Of a stretch of DNA of 38,167 nt, positions 18,616 to 28,536 are shown piece by piece. Made by a program: the position numbers and the translations under genes. The stretch spans positions 1 through 38,167 of the forward strand of contig JAYODI010000058.1 of assembly GCA_038279365.1 (NCBI GenBank), written 5' to 3'. Under the pieces are notes generated by a model, which was not told the DNA's origin, searched no databases, and worked only from the letters and a program-made list of their open reading frames with translations. How positions within the stretch are numbered: the first letter of the stretch is position 1; the number at the start of each line of letters is the position of its first letter. The stretch is from Candidatus Latescibacterota bacterium. Its GTDB lineage: Bacteria; Latescibacterota; UBA2968.

Positions 18616-19376
18616 ATGTGTTTGGCCTTCTCCCACAGGATGTCCATTTCTTTAAGCGTCGTATCTTGAGGTGTCAAACCTCTTTTTTTGAGTTCTGTTT
18701 CAATATAGGCAAACCTGTTTTGAAATTTGGCAATGGTTTGGGTGAGTGCTTCTTCTGGGTCGATTTGGAGAAAACGGGCCAAATTGACCAGCGAAAAGAG
18801 GAGGTCTCCAAATTCTTCCTGTTTTTCTTGCTGGGTGTGTGCATGGCGCAATTCTTGAACTTCCTCTTCTACTTTTTGAATCACTTCTTCGGTTTTATCC
18901 CAATCAAACCCAACACGGGCGGCCTTTTTTTGAATTTGGTAGGCCCTTAAGAGTGCAGGTAAATGCCGTGGAATGCCCGACAGAGCCGATTTTTGGTCTG
19001 TTTCGCCTTCTTTTTCTTGTGCTTTAATCGCCTCCCAATTTTGAACCACTTGGTCGGCTGTTTCAGCTTCAACATTGCCAAATACATGAGGATGCCTTCG
19101 AACCAATTTGTCGGAAATGGATTGGGCAACATCTTCAATGGTGAATCTGTTTTCTTCAGTTGCAATTTGTGCATGAAAGACAACTTGTAGCAAAACATCT
19201 CCTAATTCTTCTGTCAAATTTGTGTCATCTTGGTTGTCTATGGCGTCTATGACTTCGTAGGCTTCTTCAATGAGGTATGGTTTGAGGGTTATGGAGGTTT
19301 GCTCTTTGTCCCAGGGGCATCCATCGGGACCGCGTAAGCGTTTCATGATTTCAACGAGGCGGTTAAATTGCGTCAT
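18612..19376 (-). CDS. mazG: Nucleoside triphosphate pyrophosphohydrolase MazG
   Basis: LRGPDGCPWDKEQT, EEAYEV, EELGDVLLQVVFHA, KLVRRHPHVF, EEFGDLLF. Confidence 0.95.
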   Translation of the reverse strand: MTQFNRLVEIMKRLRGPDGCPWDKEQTSITLKPYLIEEAYEVIDAIDNQDDTNLTEELGDVLLQVVFHAQIATEENRFTIEDVAQSISDKLVRRHPHVFGNVEAETADQVVQNWEAIKAQEKEGETDQKSALSGIPRHLPALLRAYQIQKKAARVGFDWDKTEEVIQKVEEEVQELRHAHTQQEKQEEFGDLLFSLVNLARFLQIDPEEALTQTIAKFQNRFAYIETELKKRGLTPQDTTLKEMDILWEKAKHI

Positions 19377-19424
19377 GGCGCATCCTTTGTGGTTTGTCAC
19401 GATTGTTGGTAAATGTATTTTTTT

Positions 19425-19453
19425 AAAGTAATTGGCAAAGCTTATTCCGTCAA
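19425..19453 (-). promoter_or_regulatory. sigma70-type promoter for mazG
   Basis: Minus strand reads TTGACG-N17-TACTTT. Confidence 0.5.
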
Positions 19454-19484
19454 TACCCCTCTGTTTGGAATAAAGATTTACTCG

Positions 19485-19513
19485 TTGACAAAAGGGTGTA
19501 AGGGGTTTATTTT
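19485..19513 (+). promoter_or_regulatory. sigma70-type promoter (divergent from mazG)
   Basis: TTGACA-N17-TATTTT. Confidence 0.5.
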
Positions 19514-19570
19514 TCGAGCTATTGCGGGAGACATAAGTACTCGTATTTTAACGTGCTGGAGGTTGTAGCA

Positions 19571-20005
19571 ATGAGTGATTCTCTTCGAGATATTATGCGT
19601 AAAGTAGGGCGTGATGATGTGCATGATCGCGAGCAGGAAAAGTGGGTTGAAAAAGCGGAAGAAATTTTAGGACATCAAGCAGAAGAAGCCTCAAAAGACG
19701 AGGTCGAAAAGCGTCACGATAAATTTCGCAGACAACAAGAGTATGCCAGCCGGTTGGGGCCTGCTGCTGAACGATTGCCAATTTTAAGCCGCGAAGAAAG
19801 TTTGCGCCGCGAACGTGATCGGCCCAAAAAAAAGAGTTATGAGTTTGAAGGACCCATCGATAAGCTCATTGAAAAATATAAAGACCCCAAAGAAGTGTTT
19901 AATCACTTGTCGATGGGGCAACTCATGAAGTATGAATTGGATGAAGCTTCTGGGTGTATTTATGAACATGGAAAGCTGATTTTTGACGGTGAAAAGATGG
20001 TTTAG
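19571..20005 (+). CDS. Hypothetical highly charged protein
   Basis: SD GGAGG then ATG 19571; E/K/R-rich helical N-half; no family recognised. Confidence 0.7.
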   Translation: MSDSLRDIMRKVGRDDVHDREQEKWVEKAEEILGHQAEEASKDEVEKRHDKFRRQQEYASRLGPAAERLPILSREESLRRERDRPKKKSYEFEGPIDKLIEKYKDPKEVFNHLSMGQLMKYELDEASGCIYEHGKLIFDGEKMV

Positions 20006-20049
20006 CATTTGGCTGATGATGGATAACCGCTTTGGATTCTGGATGTGTT

Positions 20050-21438
20050 ATGGATAAAGAAGCTTTAAGAGCAATGGTTGATGAGGTTACTGATTTTCCC
20101 ATGTTGCCTCCTACGGCTACTCAAATTGCACGTTTGACCATTGATTTGAGTGCGCCTGTTAAAGACATTGCCAATAAGATTGAATCCGATAAAATGCTTT
20201 TGGAGCGTATGCTGATAATGGTAAATGCCCCCTTTTATGGTGTGTCGGGGCCCATTACGCGCATTACGGATGCCGTTTCATTGTTGGGATATAAAAAGGT
20301 TTGTAACTTGGCCGTGGGTATTTCGGCTCTGAGCATTTTTCCGTCTCAAAAAGAACAAGGTTTTGATTACGGACGTTTTTGGCAACAATCTATCTTGGCT
20401 GGGGTTTCTGCGGGTTTAATTGCCTCACGCATACCTGGTGATCAGCCTGCCGACGTTTTTTCTGCAGCTTTGCTTCAAAATATAGGCATTTTGTTTTTGG
20501 TTCGTTATCGCCCGCTTGAATATGGCACGGCATTGGGCATGGCAAAAGGTCAAAACTTGCCGTTGGCAGCTGCAGAGCGCGAATCTTGGGGGGGGGACCA
20601 TGCCCAACTTGGCGCACAGATATGTCTCAAATGGCAAATGCCTCAGTTGATGGCAGAAGTCATTCGCCACCACCATTTTGCCGAATTGCGTGAAGTGTTG
20701 CCTGAAGGAACCAAGACAATTATCCAAATTGTCAATTTGTCGGGTTTGATGGCGGAGGTGTTAGAAGATCTTGACGATGTGCGCTTGCGTGAAAAATTGG
20801 ATGATCGCGCTAAAGAATTTTTTGGCTTTGGCCCCAAAACCATCGATCAGATCTTAGAAAAAGTTCCTGAATATGCCAAGGAAATTGGAAAAGCTTTTGG
20901 TGTTCCGATGGGAGGCAGTGGTACGGGATCGGGGGGGAGTGACGCGCAGTATCACACGACCTGTCCTTCGTGTGGGGTGACGGGGCAGCAAGGAAAGTTT
21001 TGCGGGGAATGTGGCGCATCTTTATTGGTTGAAAATGCTCCCAAAAACAAACAACGTATGACCAAAAAAATATTGGTCGCTGAGGATTCGATTGCCAGCC
21101 GGCGTGCATTGTGTTTTGTTATAAAAAAACTGGGGTGTATTCCCGTTGAGGCAACCAATGGACAAGAAGCGCTAGACTTTGCCAAAAAAGATCCACCGGG
21201 TATGATTATGTTGGATGTTGTGATGCCTGGCATGAATGGCCTTGAAGCACTCAAACGCATTCGTGAAGACAAAGTATTGGCAGACATACCGGTGGTGATG
21301 TTGACCTCATTAACCGACAGTGAAACGGTAATTGAATCTGTGCAGGCAGGTGCAAACGACTATGTCATTAAGCCCTATACTGCCGATATTATAGCAGATC
21401 GTGTTAAAAAGTATATGCCAGATTCAAAAAGGAAATAA
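20050..21438 (+). CDS. HDOD domain + zinc ribbon + response-regulator receiver protein
   Basis: FPMLP...VNAPFYG...AVSLLG...LLQNIG...DHAQLG...W...IRHHH (HDOD); CPSC...FCGECG; ILVAEDS...LDVVMPGMNG...LTS...KPY (REC). Confidence 0.88.
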   Translation: MDKEALRAMVDEVTDFPMLPPTATQIARLTIDLSAPVKDIANKIESDKMLLERMLIMVNAPFYGVSGPITRITDAVSLLGYKKVCNLAVGISALSIFPSQKEQGFDYGRFWQQSILAGVSAGLIASRIPGDQPADVFSAALLQNIGILFLVRYRPLEYGTALGMAKGQNLPLAAAERESWGGDHAQLGAQICLKWQMPQLMAEVIRHHHFAELREVLPEGTKTIIQIVNLSGLMAEVLEDLDDVRLREKLDDRAKEFFGFGPKTIDQILEKVPEYAKEIGKAFGVPMGGSGTGSGGSDAQYHTTCPSCGVTGQQGKFCGECGASLLVENAPKNKQRMTKKILVAEDSIASRRALCFVIKKLGCIPVEATNGQEALDFAKKDPPGMIMLDVVMPGMNGLEALKRIREDKVLADIPVVMLTSLTDSETVIESVQAGANDYVIKPYTADIIADRVKKYMPDSKRK

Positions 21439-21455
21439 GCGCTTTATTTTTAAAT

Positions 21456-21497
21456 AAAAAAGGTCTTTCGGATATGTCATCCGAAAGACCTTTTTTT
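21456..21497. terminator. Bidirectional intrinsic terminator
   Basis: AAAAAAGGTCTTTCGGAT-ATGTC-ATCCGAAAGACCTTTTTT between convergent genes. Confidence 0.88.
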
Positions 21498-21508
21498 ATG
21501 CATTTCAT

Positions 21509-22561
21509 TTATGCAATGGTGACGTCATCGCTTAAATAAACATCTTGAATGTTGTTGAGCAGTTTTATGCCTTCAGTTATTGGACGTTGAAAAGCTTTTC
21601 GCCCAGAGATGAGCCCTGTGCCTCCGGCACGCTTGTTGATCACGGCGGTTCGAACGGCCTCTGCGTAGTCACTTGCTCCTGATGATGCACCACCAGAGTT
21701 GATGAGACCCGCTTTGCCCATATAGCAGTTGATAACTTGGTAGCGGCAAAGGTCTATGGGGTGATCAGAGGATAATTCTGTGTAAACTTTTTCGTGGGTT
21801 CTGCCAAAGTTTACGGCTTTGTACCCACCATTGTTGGTGGGCAATTTTTGTTTGATAATATCGGCTTGAATGGTAACACCGAGATGATTGGCTTGGCCTG
21901 TTAGGTCAGCAGCTTCATGATAGTCGGCCTCTTTGGTCTTAAATGCCGAATTGCGCAAATAACACCAAAGCACTGTAAAGAGACCCAATTCGTGTGCGCG
22001 AGCAAATGCTTCGCTGATTTCAACAATTTGACGGTTCGATTCTTCAGATCCAAAGTAAATGGTTGCACCCACACCCGCACATCCCATTTCCCAAGCCTGT
22101 TCCACTTGGCCAAAGATGACTTGATCATATTGGCTGGGGTAGGTCATGAGTTGATTGTGGTTAAATTTGAGAATCATGGGGATTTTGTGGGCATATCGAC
22201 GGGAGACCATCCCCAACACCCCCAATGTGGTTGCAACGGCATTGCAACCCCCTTCAATGGCGAGCTTGACAATGTTTTCGGGATCGAAATAGATGGGGTT
22301 GGGGGCAAATGATGCACCACCCGAGTGTTCAATGCCTTGATCTATGGGCAAAATAGAAACATAACCCGTGTTGGCCAATCGGCCAGATCCATAAAGTCGT
22401 TGTAGATTATTCAGTACGGGTATGGTGCGATCTGAGGCAATAAAGACGCGGTCGATAAAATCTGGCCCTGGCAATGCGAGCAAATCTTTTGAGACTTTGG
22501 CTTGGTAGGTGAGGAGGTCGGTGTCATCACCGAGATATTCTTGAATCTGTGCGATGCTCAT
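21509..22561 (-). CDS. fbaB: Class I fructose-bisphosphate aldolase (DhnA/FbaB type)
   Basis: [35 protein letters not shown] (Schiff-base Lys), [10 protein letters not shown]. Confidence 0.95.
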   Translation of the reverse strand: MSIAQIQEYLGDDTDLLTYQAKVSKDLLALPGPDFIDRVFIASDRTIPVLNNLQRLYGSGRLANTGYVSILPIDQGIEHSGGASFAPNPIYFDPENIVKLAIEGGCNAVATTLGVLGMVSRRYAHKIPMILKFNHNQLMTYPSQYDQVIFGQVEQAWEMGCAGVGATIYFGSEESNRQIVEISEAFARAHELGLFTVLWCYLRNSAFKTKEADYHEAADLTGQANHLGVTIQADIIKQKLPTNNGGYKAVNFGRTHEKVYTELSSDHPIDLCRYQVINCYMGKAGLINSGGASSGASDYAEAVRTAVINKRAGGTGLISGRKAFQRPITEGIKLLNNIQDVYLSDDVTIA

Positions 22562-22584
22562 AAAGAACTCCTTTTTGATGATGG

Positions 22585-24099
22585 TTAAACTTTAAACTTT
22601 GGCTTGTTGTTGATGGGGTCCCCATTGGTTTCTGATAGATTGTCGAGTGGATATATGGGGCGGTTGATGCGTTTCCACGGGAATGTTTTTAGATTTGGGC
22701 TGCAAACACCGGGTGCGTCTAAGACGATTACTTTTTCGGCAAATGGCTCATAAGCAGCTCGAAATGCAGCAGGTGATTTGACGGCTACGAGTTTTGCGGT
22801 GGCAGGGTCGAGACCTTGGCTGCGATACAGTTCTGGATCCCATTGAATAACAGGTTGGCTCATCACGACGAGGTGGATGCCCTTGTGCACCAAAACAGCT
22901 GTGAGCCCCATATGAAACTCGAAACCACGAAACCCGGGTCCTTTGTTGGTAAATTTGCCGTCAGAAAGAGATTTAACGGTGGCCTCAAATGTGAACGGTT
23001 GATAAAATTGGTTTGAAAGTGAAGCCCCTAAAGTGAATGTGGTGGTTTGACCTATGCCCACTTTCTGGGCTTTTTGTGCAGCTTCGGGATCGAGAATATT
23101 GATCAGTGTTGTGGCATCTACACCTGCATCCACACATGCTTTCAGAAAGGTGGTGCTGTCGCCAGGAGCCCCCGAACTGGGTGAGTCGGATGAGTCGGAT
23201 ATGATATACGGTCCTTTGGGATTGCCTAAAGCTTGTTGGATGATGTTGGATGGAGATTGTAGATCTTGGATGAAGTCTTCACGGCATTGCCAAAATGCTT
23301 GGGCCAAGTGCTGTGCTTCTTTTTGGGCACGTGGTGGATCGTTGTGGGTGACAACAAGTGTGCTGCACCCCATTTCTGGTAAGTCCATCCAAGGCTGAAC
23401 AGGATAAGCCGATGCCGCCAAGATATTGGGCATTTGTTCGAGTGCTTTGACCTGATTCATAATGTTTGCAAAGGGCCCTTGTGTGGTTCGTCCGTTTTCG
23501 GGGGGTAAAATCATAGGGATAGAAACATGTGCCATTGTTGGAATGACTTCTTTGTTGAGTATTTTGAGCAAGAGTGCCATTCCACGGGCACCGGTATCAC
23601 TTTGGTCGATGTGTGGGGCGGTGTGATATCCCACGAGTGCATTGGCCATTGTCGCCATTTGTTTGGTCACATTGGCATGTAAATCAAGGGTGGCAACGAT
23701 GGGAATATGTGGACCAACGATGTGACGAATTTGGGCCAATACATGGCCAGTGGCATCGTCTATATGTTCGGCAACCATAGCACCGTGCATGGCCAAAAAA
23801 ACGCCGTCTATAGGTAGCGCTTCAGTGAGGCGTTGACACATTTGTGTGCAGAGCTTGTCGAATATGTGACGACGCAAAGGCATGCCCGAAGCCCCGGTAG
23901 CACCATAGAGCAAAGGAACGATGTCGTGGTTTTGGGCGGTGTGCAGAGCACCTCCTATTTCATGGTTGAGCCCTGCTAAGGTCTTTACGATATCCTCACC
24001 GTAAAGCAAGTAACCTGCCTCAAATTGTTTTTGGTCTGCGGGGGCGGGTGAGAATGTGTGTGATTCTTGATAAAGACCACCAAGGGCAATGCGATACAT
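22585..24099 (-). CDS. M81 family metallopeptidase (MlrC-like)
   Basis: [36 protein letters not shown]. Confidence 0.88.
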   Translation of the reverse strand: MYRIALGGLYQESHTFSPAPADQKQFEAGYLLYGEDIVKTLAGLNHEIGGALHTAQNHDIVPLLYGATGASGMPLRRHIFDKLCTQMCQRLTEALPIDGVFLAMHGAMVAEHIDDATGHVLAQIRHIVGPHIPIVATLDLHANVTKQMATMANALVGYHTAPHIDQSDTGARGMALLLKILNKEVIPTMAHVSIPMILPPENGRTTQGPFANIMNQVKALEQMPNILAASAYPVQPWMDLPEMGCSTLVVTHNDPPRAQKEAQHLAQAFWQCREDFIQDLQSPSNIIQQALGNPKGPYIISDSSDSPSSGAPGDSTTFLKACVDAGVDATTLINILDPEAAQKAQKVGIGQTTTFTLGASLSNQFYQPFTFEATVKSLSDGKFTNKGPGFRGFEFHMGLTAVLVHKGIHLVVMSQPVIQWDPELYRSQGLDPATAKLVAVKSPAAFRAAYEPFAEKVIVLDAPGVCSPNLKTFPWKRINRPIYPLDNLSETNGDPINNKPKFKV

Positions 24100-24175
24100 G
24101 GTTGTGACCTATTGATGAGTGAGCCAATGAAGTGCTTATTTAAAATGTACCTTAGACGTCAAGTTTTATGGGGTA

Positions 24176-25774
24176 TCAAACAATGCCAGATCCTCCCACA
24201 CTTGCACAGATCAGCATGCCATTTTTATGGTTTTGAGGTGCATAGAATTCTTTTTCAAGGGTTTCGGTAAGCGTGTGGATGGCCTCTTCTTTAACAAATA
24301 CAAGTACACATCCGCCCAATCCACCGCCAGTGAGACCCGCACCAACCACGCCCTCGACTTGGCTTGCCAAATCGACGAGTTTATCAAGGGCTTCACAAGA
24401 GCAATCGTAACCGCCTGGTTGGCGGTGGATCTGTGCATTTTCGATGCGGACGGGATCATGGCTCTCAAGGTCGGATATCAAGTTGTCAATATCTTGATCT
24501 GTGAGACGGTTGCTGATGGGGGTTTCGGTGCCATCTGCTGCGTATCGAAATTGACGATCACCGTTGTGTGAAATATATTTCAATTCACCAAAACCGTTTA
24601 TATTTCCAGTTTCGAGGAGTTGTTTGCATTGTGCCCCGCGTGCACATTCTGCCAAACCGAAAAGCATCACTTGGCGCACCCGATAACCCTCTTTGGGTTC
24701 TGAGTGTGGCGCAAAGAGAGAATCCAAGCGTGTGTTGTGTTCGGGCAAGGCTTTGCGAATGTTATCGCGCGACATGCGCTCTGGCAATGTTTTGAGCATG
24801 CGATAAATTTCAGTGGGTGTAATGTTCAGGGTTTGGCTATTTAAGTCGCGCAGATGCACTAATTTGTCGGCGTATTGGGCAAAGTTTTTCTTAATGAGCA
24901 GAAGGCCAATTTCATATGTGGCAATGCGTTCGTTAAAAATGCCAGGTGGGGCGTGTTCTACAAAAGAATTGCAGGCCACCACGCGATATCCTGCAGGTAG
25001 GGGAACGGGTTCGGTTTTGAGTGGAAAAAATTGGAGGTGGACTATGGCCTGTTGTTGGGCATAAAGCATGGCTGCGTGGTCGCCTGCACCGCCACGTGTG
25101 CCGGCATACCATTCTGCACGTCCACAAAACTCGGCTTTTTGATGGTGTGGGATGTCGAGTTGGTTAAAATAGAGGGCGGCTTCGAGGCTTGATACGACCA
25201 ATGAGGAGGAAGAACTCAAACCAGCCGCAATGGGGATATCACCTGCTACGGCAATATTGAGGCCTTTTATGGAGACTTCGGGAAAATGATCTTGCAAATG
25301 GAGAATCGCCGCACGAATATAATTTTCCCAGTCGTGTGATGGGCGTTTAACCGTTTCGATATAAGTGAGCCAATCGCCACGTTTTGCAGGTGGAAGACAT
25401 TCACCAATAGAAAATTCGCGGGGTGTGAAACGGTCGGTATTGGCATTGTGTATGACCACGCGATCATCATTGCGTGCAGAAGCTATGAGCAGGGTTTCTC
25501 GATTGACGGCTACGTAGTTGACAAACCCACCACGGTGTTCGATATGGTTGCCCAACAGGTTGATGCGGCCAGGGGCGCGCGAGATAATGATTTCTTGGTT
25601 TGCTCCATAAGCATTGACAAATGTCTCTAATGCTTTTTTGTATAGAGGATAGCGCGACTGACGGATCTCTGGGGCATTGCCATAAATTTCGATGAATCGT
25701 TGTTCGATGGTTTGATCGGGGTTGGCAAGATGGGTTTGCCAGTTTTGTGCGGTCATTTTTCCTATTTGAGACAT
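24176..25774 (-). CDS. GHMP-family sugar kinase, galactokinase-like
   Basis: RAPGRINLLGNH, DIPIAAGLSSSS, GLTGGGLGGC. Confidence 0.85.
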   Translation of the reverse strand: MSQIGKMTAQNWQTHLANPDQTIEQRFIEIYGNAPEIRQSRYPLYKKALETFVNAYGANQEIIISRAPGRINLLGNHIEHRGGFVNYVAVNRETLLIASARNDDRVVIHNANTDRFTPREFSIGECLPPAKRGDWLTYIETVKRPSHDWENYIRAAILHLQDHFPEVSIKGLNIAVAGDIPIAAGLSSSSSLVVSSLEAALYFNQLDIPHHQKAEFCGRAEWYAGTRGGAGDHAAMLYAQQQAIVHLQFFPLKTEPVPLPAGYRVVACNSFVEHAPPGIFNERIATYEIGLLLIKKNFAQYADKLVHLRDLNSQTLNITPTEIYRMLKTLPERMSRDNIRKALPEHNTRLDSLFAPHSEPKEGYRVRQVMLFGLAECARGAQCKQLLETGNINGFGELKYISHNGDRQFRYAADGTETPISNRLTDQDIDNLISDLESHDPVRIENAQIHRQPGGYDCSCEALDKLVDLASQVEGVVGAGLTGGGLGGCVLVFVKEEAIHTLTETLEKEFYAPQNHKNGMLICASVGGSGIV

Positions 25775-25788
25775 GGAATTCCTTCGTT

Positions 25789-26691
25789 TTATAGTGTTTT
25801 TAAATAAGCACGAATGGCTTCACCACAGTTAGGATCTTTGAGTGCATAATTAATAAAGGCTTTGTAATAACTTTCGTGGTTGCCAATGTCATAGCGTATT
25901 TCATTTTCTCCAAGGGGGACGCATCGGACGGTATGCCCCGATTTGACAAGCCCTCGAATGGCATCTGTGATGCCCAATTCGCCTTGCGTGGCGGGTTGTA
26001 ATTTTTTGATTTCTGCGAAAATTTCGGGGCCAAATATATACCGAGCACTGATGGCCATATTGCTGGGGGCATCTTGGGGGGCGGGTTTTTCAACCACATC
26101 GTCAATGGCAAAACTGTCGGCTTTCAGGTCTGCTTGGGATGTGGGTTGTACGATGCCATAACGGCTGATGAGGTCTGTAGAAACAGGACGTACACCAATG
26201 GTACAGGTGGCGTTGTGTTTGAGGTGGGCCTCAATCATGCGGCCAATAAAACCAGGGTTACTTTGTGAGTCTATGAGTGTATCGCCATAGGCAACAACAA
26301 AGTGTTCGTTGTCTACAAAGCTTTCGGCTGTGGCAATGGCGGCACCGGTACCTTGGGGCTTGGAACTGTCTGTGGGGATTTGTTGGCGTGTATAGAAGAA
26401 TTCAATATCGCGACTGCTGTAATCGAGGTGGCCCATATCTGCAAGTTGTCCACTTTGATTGAGGTGGGCAACCACATCGACATTGTCGTCAAATTGGTTT
26501 TCGATAATGGTTTTGGCACGCGATGTGATGAAGAGTATCTTTTTGAGGTTCACTTCTGCCATTTCTTCAACAACGTGTTGAATGGCTGGATATTTTCCTA
26601 AGGGGAGCATTTCTTTGGGAAGGGCTTTGGTTGTTGGATACAAACGGGTACCCAAACCCGCAACGGGAATGACAACTTTTCGAATGGGCAT
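25789..26691 (-). CDS. galU: UTP--glucose-1-phosphate uridylyltransferase (GalU-like)
   Basis: VIPVAGLGTRLYPTTKALPKEMLP, VEKP, ELGITDAI, YDIGN; start reassigned to ATG 26691 after GAGG. Confidence 0.82.
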   Translation of the reverse strand: MPIRKVVIPVAGLGTRLYPTTKALPKEMLPLGKYPAIQHVVEEMAEVNLKKILFITSRAKTIIENQFDDNVDVVAHLNQSGQLADMGHLDYSSRDIEFFYTRQQIPTDSSKPQGTGAAIATAESFVDNEHFVVAYGDTLIDSQSNPGFIGRMIEAHLKHNATCTIGVRPVSTDLISRYGIVQPTSQADLKADSFAIDDVVEKPAPQDAPSNMAISARYIFGPEIFAEIKKLQPATQGELGITDAIRGLVKSGHTVRCVPLGENEIRYDIGNHESYYKAFINYALKDPNCGEAIRAYLKTL

Positions 26692-26813
26692 GGTAGCCTC
26701 TATGTTTTGATTTGCATGACGGTATCGATTTGCTAAAAAACCTTGAATCAAGACACCCTTGTTAAGGGTATTTGACACGTTGTTTGCAAGCGCTAAAAAA
26801 TAGGGTTGTTCAG

Positions 26814-26841
26814 GGAACTTGTCAACGTTCTCGACGTCTGA
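26814..26841 (+). promoter_or_regulatory. ECF (sigmaE/RpoE-type) promoter
   Basis: GGAACTT-N16-TCTGA, matching the sigmaE consensus; about 80 nt upstream of ATG 26923. Confidence 0.65.
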
Positions 26842-26922
26842 ATGACGGGGGCGTTTTGGGACTTTGGTGTGGTATGTTTGGTATTTTACAGTAAGATACA
26901 ATCTAAAGCGAAGGTGGTTGTT

Positions 26923-28536
26923 ATGGCATATGTGGTTTTTCTATTGGCTCTTTTTATGACGGAACACCGTATTTGGGCAGAGGAAGCGAATATGGATCAT
27001 CCGTTGTTGGTTCAAGCGGTCAATGCACAAAATGCCTACGATTATGTTTTGGCACAGGATTTATATGAGCAGTATATACAAACGTTGTCAAAAAAAGAAC
27101 AAGCATTGTTTTTGGGGATGACGTATGTGGCAACGGCTAAAGAGTTGAAGATTTATGAAGATTTTTCGCAATCGGAAAAAGATGAAATTCTTCGTCGTTT
27201 TTGGTTGCGCACGGACCCATCTCCTTTGACAACGGTCAATGAGCGTTTGGTCGAACACTATCGACGTGTGGCCTATGTACGTATTCATTTTGGGAAAGAC
27301 CGTTTTCCTTGGGATGATCGGGGGGAAGTGTATGTACGCTTTGGTGCACCAGATCATATCAGCCGTTCGAATAATTTGCAGTTGGAAATGGATCGAGAGG
27401 TTCAAGATGCACGTGACCATTTTGTAAGGCGAAAGAGAATTGCTTTACAAGTGACACCAGGGCAGCCCATTTTTCCAGTGCCGAGAAATACGCGGTGGTC
27501 GTATTGGGTGTATACCCATTTAGAGGGTGGTACGGAGTTTACATTTGTGAGCCGTTTTTTTAACGACCGTTACGAATTTGCGCCTATGCCAGATGGTTTG
27601 GGTGTGGACCTCACGGCTGATTTGTTGGACTACCAGGGACAAGTGGTTTTAAATGATTTGGTGTCTCGAGAGCCTTGGGTTTATGAAGCCGATTTTTCTC
27701 AATTGCCCATCGATTTTTTTTATTATCCTGCCGCGTTTCGTGGCGGAAATGGTCAAACGCGTTTGGAAATTTATTATGGACTGCCCGCATCTGAGATGGC
27801 GCGTTTACCCGTTAATGAGCATACTGAACGGGTATTGCTTGATCGGGGTGTGGCACTTTTTGACAGCTTGTGGATTGAACAGCATCGCGTTCAAGATCAG
27901 TTGACATTCAACATGCCATCACAGCAACAGATTTTGGACAATGCATTTATTCCTGGCGTGATGACTTTTGAAGTGAAACCGGGTTTGAACTATTTGGCGC
28001 TGCAGGTGCGCGATGTGATTTCTGGAAAGTCACAGGTATATCAACAAGCATTGGCAGTGTCCGATTTTTCAGATACCACACAGATAATGATGAGTGACAT
28101 TGAATTGGCCTTTTGGATTACCCCCACAGAAGATAAGGACGAGTTTGTCAAAAAAGGTTTGCGGGTGGTGCCTATGGCATCAAAAGCATTCCGCGTTGAT
28201 CAAACGGCATTTGTTTTTTTTGAAGTATATAATTTAAAGCAGGATAAGTTTGGCCAAACGCAATATCGCGTTGAGTATGAATTTCAGTCTCAAGAGAAGG
28301 GTATTGCGCCAGTACGTGCCTTGCGCGGATTGGGGCGTATGTTAAAATTGCGTGAAAGATCGAAAGAGGTGACCATTTCTTATGAGCAAACGGGGCATTC
28401 CTCAGAAGATGTGGCTTATGTGGAATTGGATTTACGCGATGTAGAGCCTGGTGGGCAAAAAGTGCGCATAGAAGTAACGGATCTTGTTCGAGATCAGATG
28501 GTGCGTAAGGAGATCTTGTTTGATATTGTTCCGTAA
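26923..28536 (+). CDS. GWxTD domain-containing protein
   Basis: Signal-like N-terminus; FW..TDPSPLT.VNERLVEHYRRV.Y...WDDRGEVYVRFGAPD; C-terminal beta-sandwiches with MSDIELA. Confidence 0.85.
   Translation: MAYVVFLLALFMTEHRIWAEEANMDHPLLVQAVNAQNAYDYVLAQDLYEQYIQTLSKKEQALFLGMTYVATAKELKIYEDFSQSEKDEILRRFWLRTDPSPLTTVNERLVEHYRRVAYVRIHFGKDRFPWDDRGEVYVRFGAPDHISRSNNLQLEMDREVQDARDHFVRRKRIALQVTPGQPIFPVPRNTRWSYWVYTHLEGGTEFTFVSRFFNDRYEFAPMPDGLGVDLTADLLDYQGQVVLNDLVSREPWVYEADFSQLPIDFFYYPAAFRGGNGQTRLEIYYGLPASEMARLPVNEHTERVLLDRGVALFDSLWIEQHRVQDQLTFNMPSQQQILDNAFIPGVMTFEVKPGLNYLALQVRDVISGKSQVYQQALAVSDFSDTTQIMMSDIELAFWITPTEDKDEFVKKGLRVVPMASKAFRVDQTAFVFFEVYNLKQDKFGQTQYRVEYEFQSQEKGIAPVRALRGLGRMLKLRERSKEVTISYEQTGHSSEDVAYVELDLRDVEPGGQKVRIEVTDLVRDQMVRKEILFDIVP

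Noticed and set aside
22585-24099. Microcystin degradation (mlr) cluster
   Set aside because: No mlrA, mlrB or mlrD neighbours; M81 family membership alone does not imply this function
26773-26788. Second sigma54 promoter (TGACACG-N4-TTGCA)
   Set aside because: The invariant GG is GA; the same bases read better as a sigma70 -35 TTGACA
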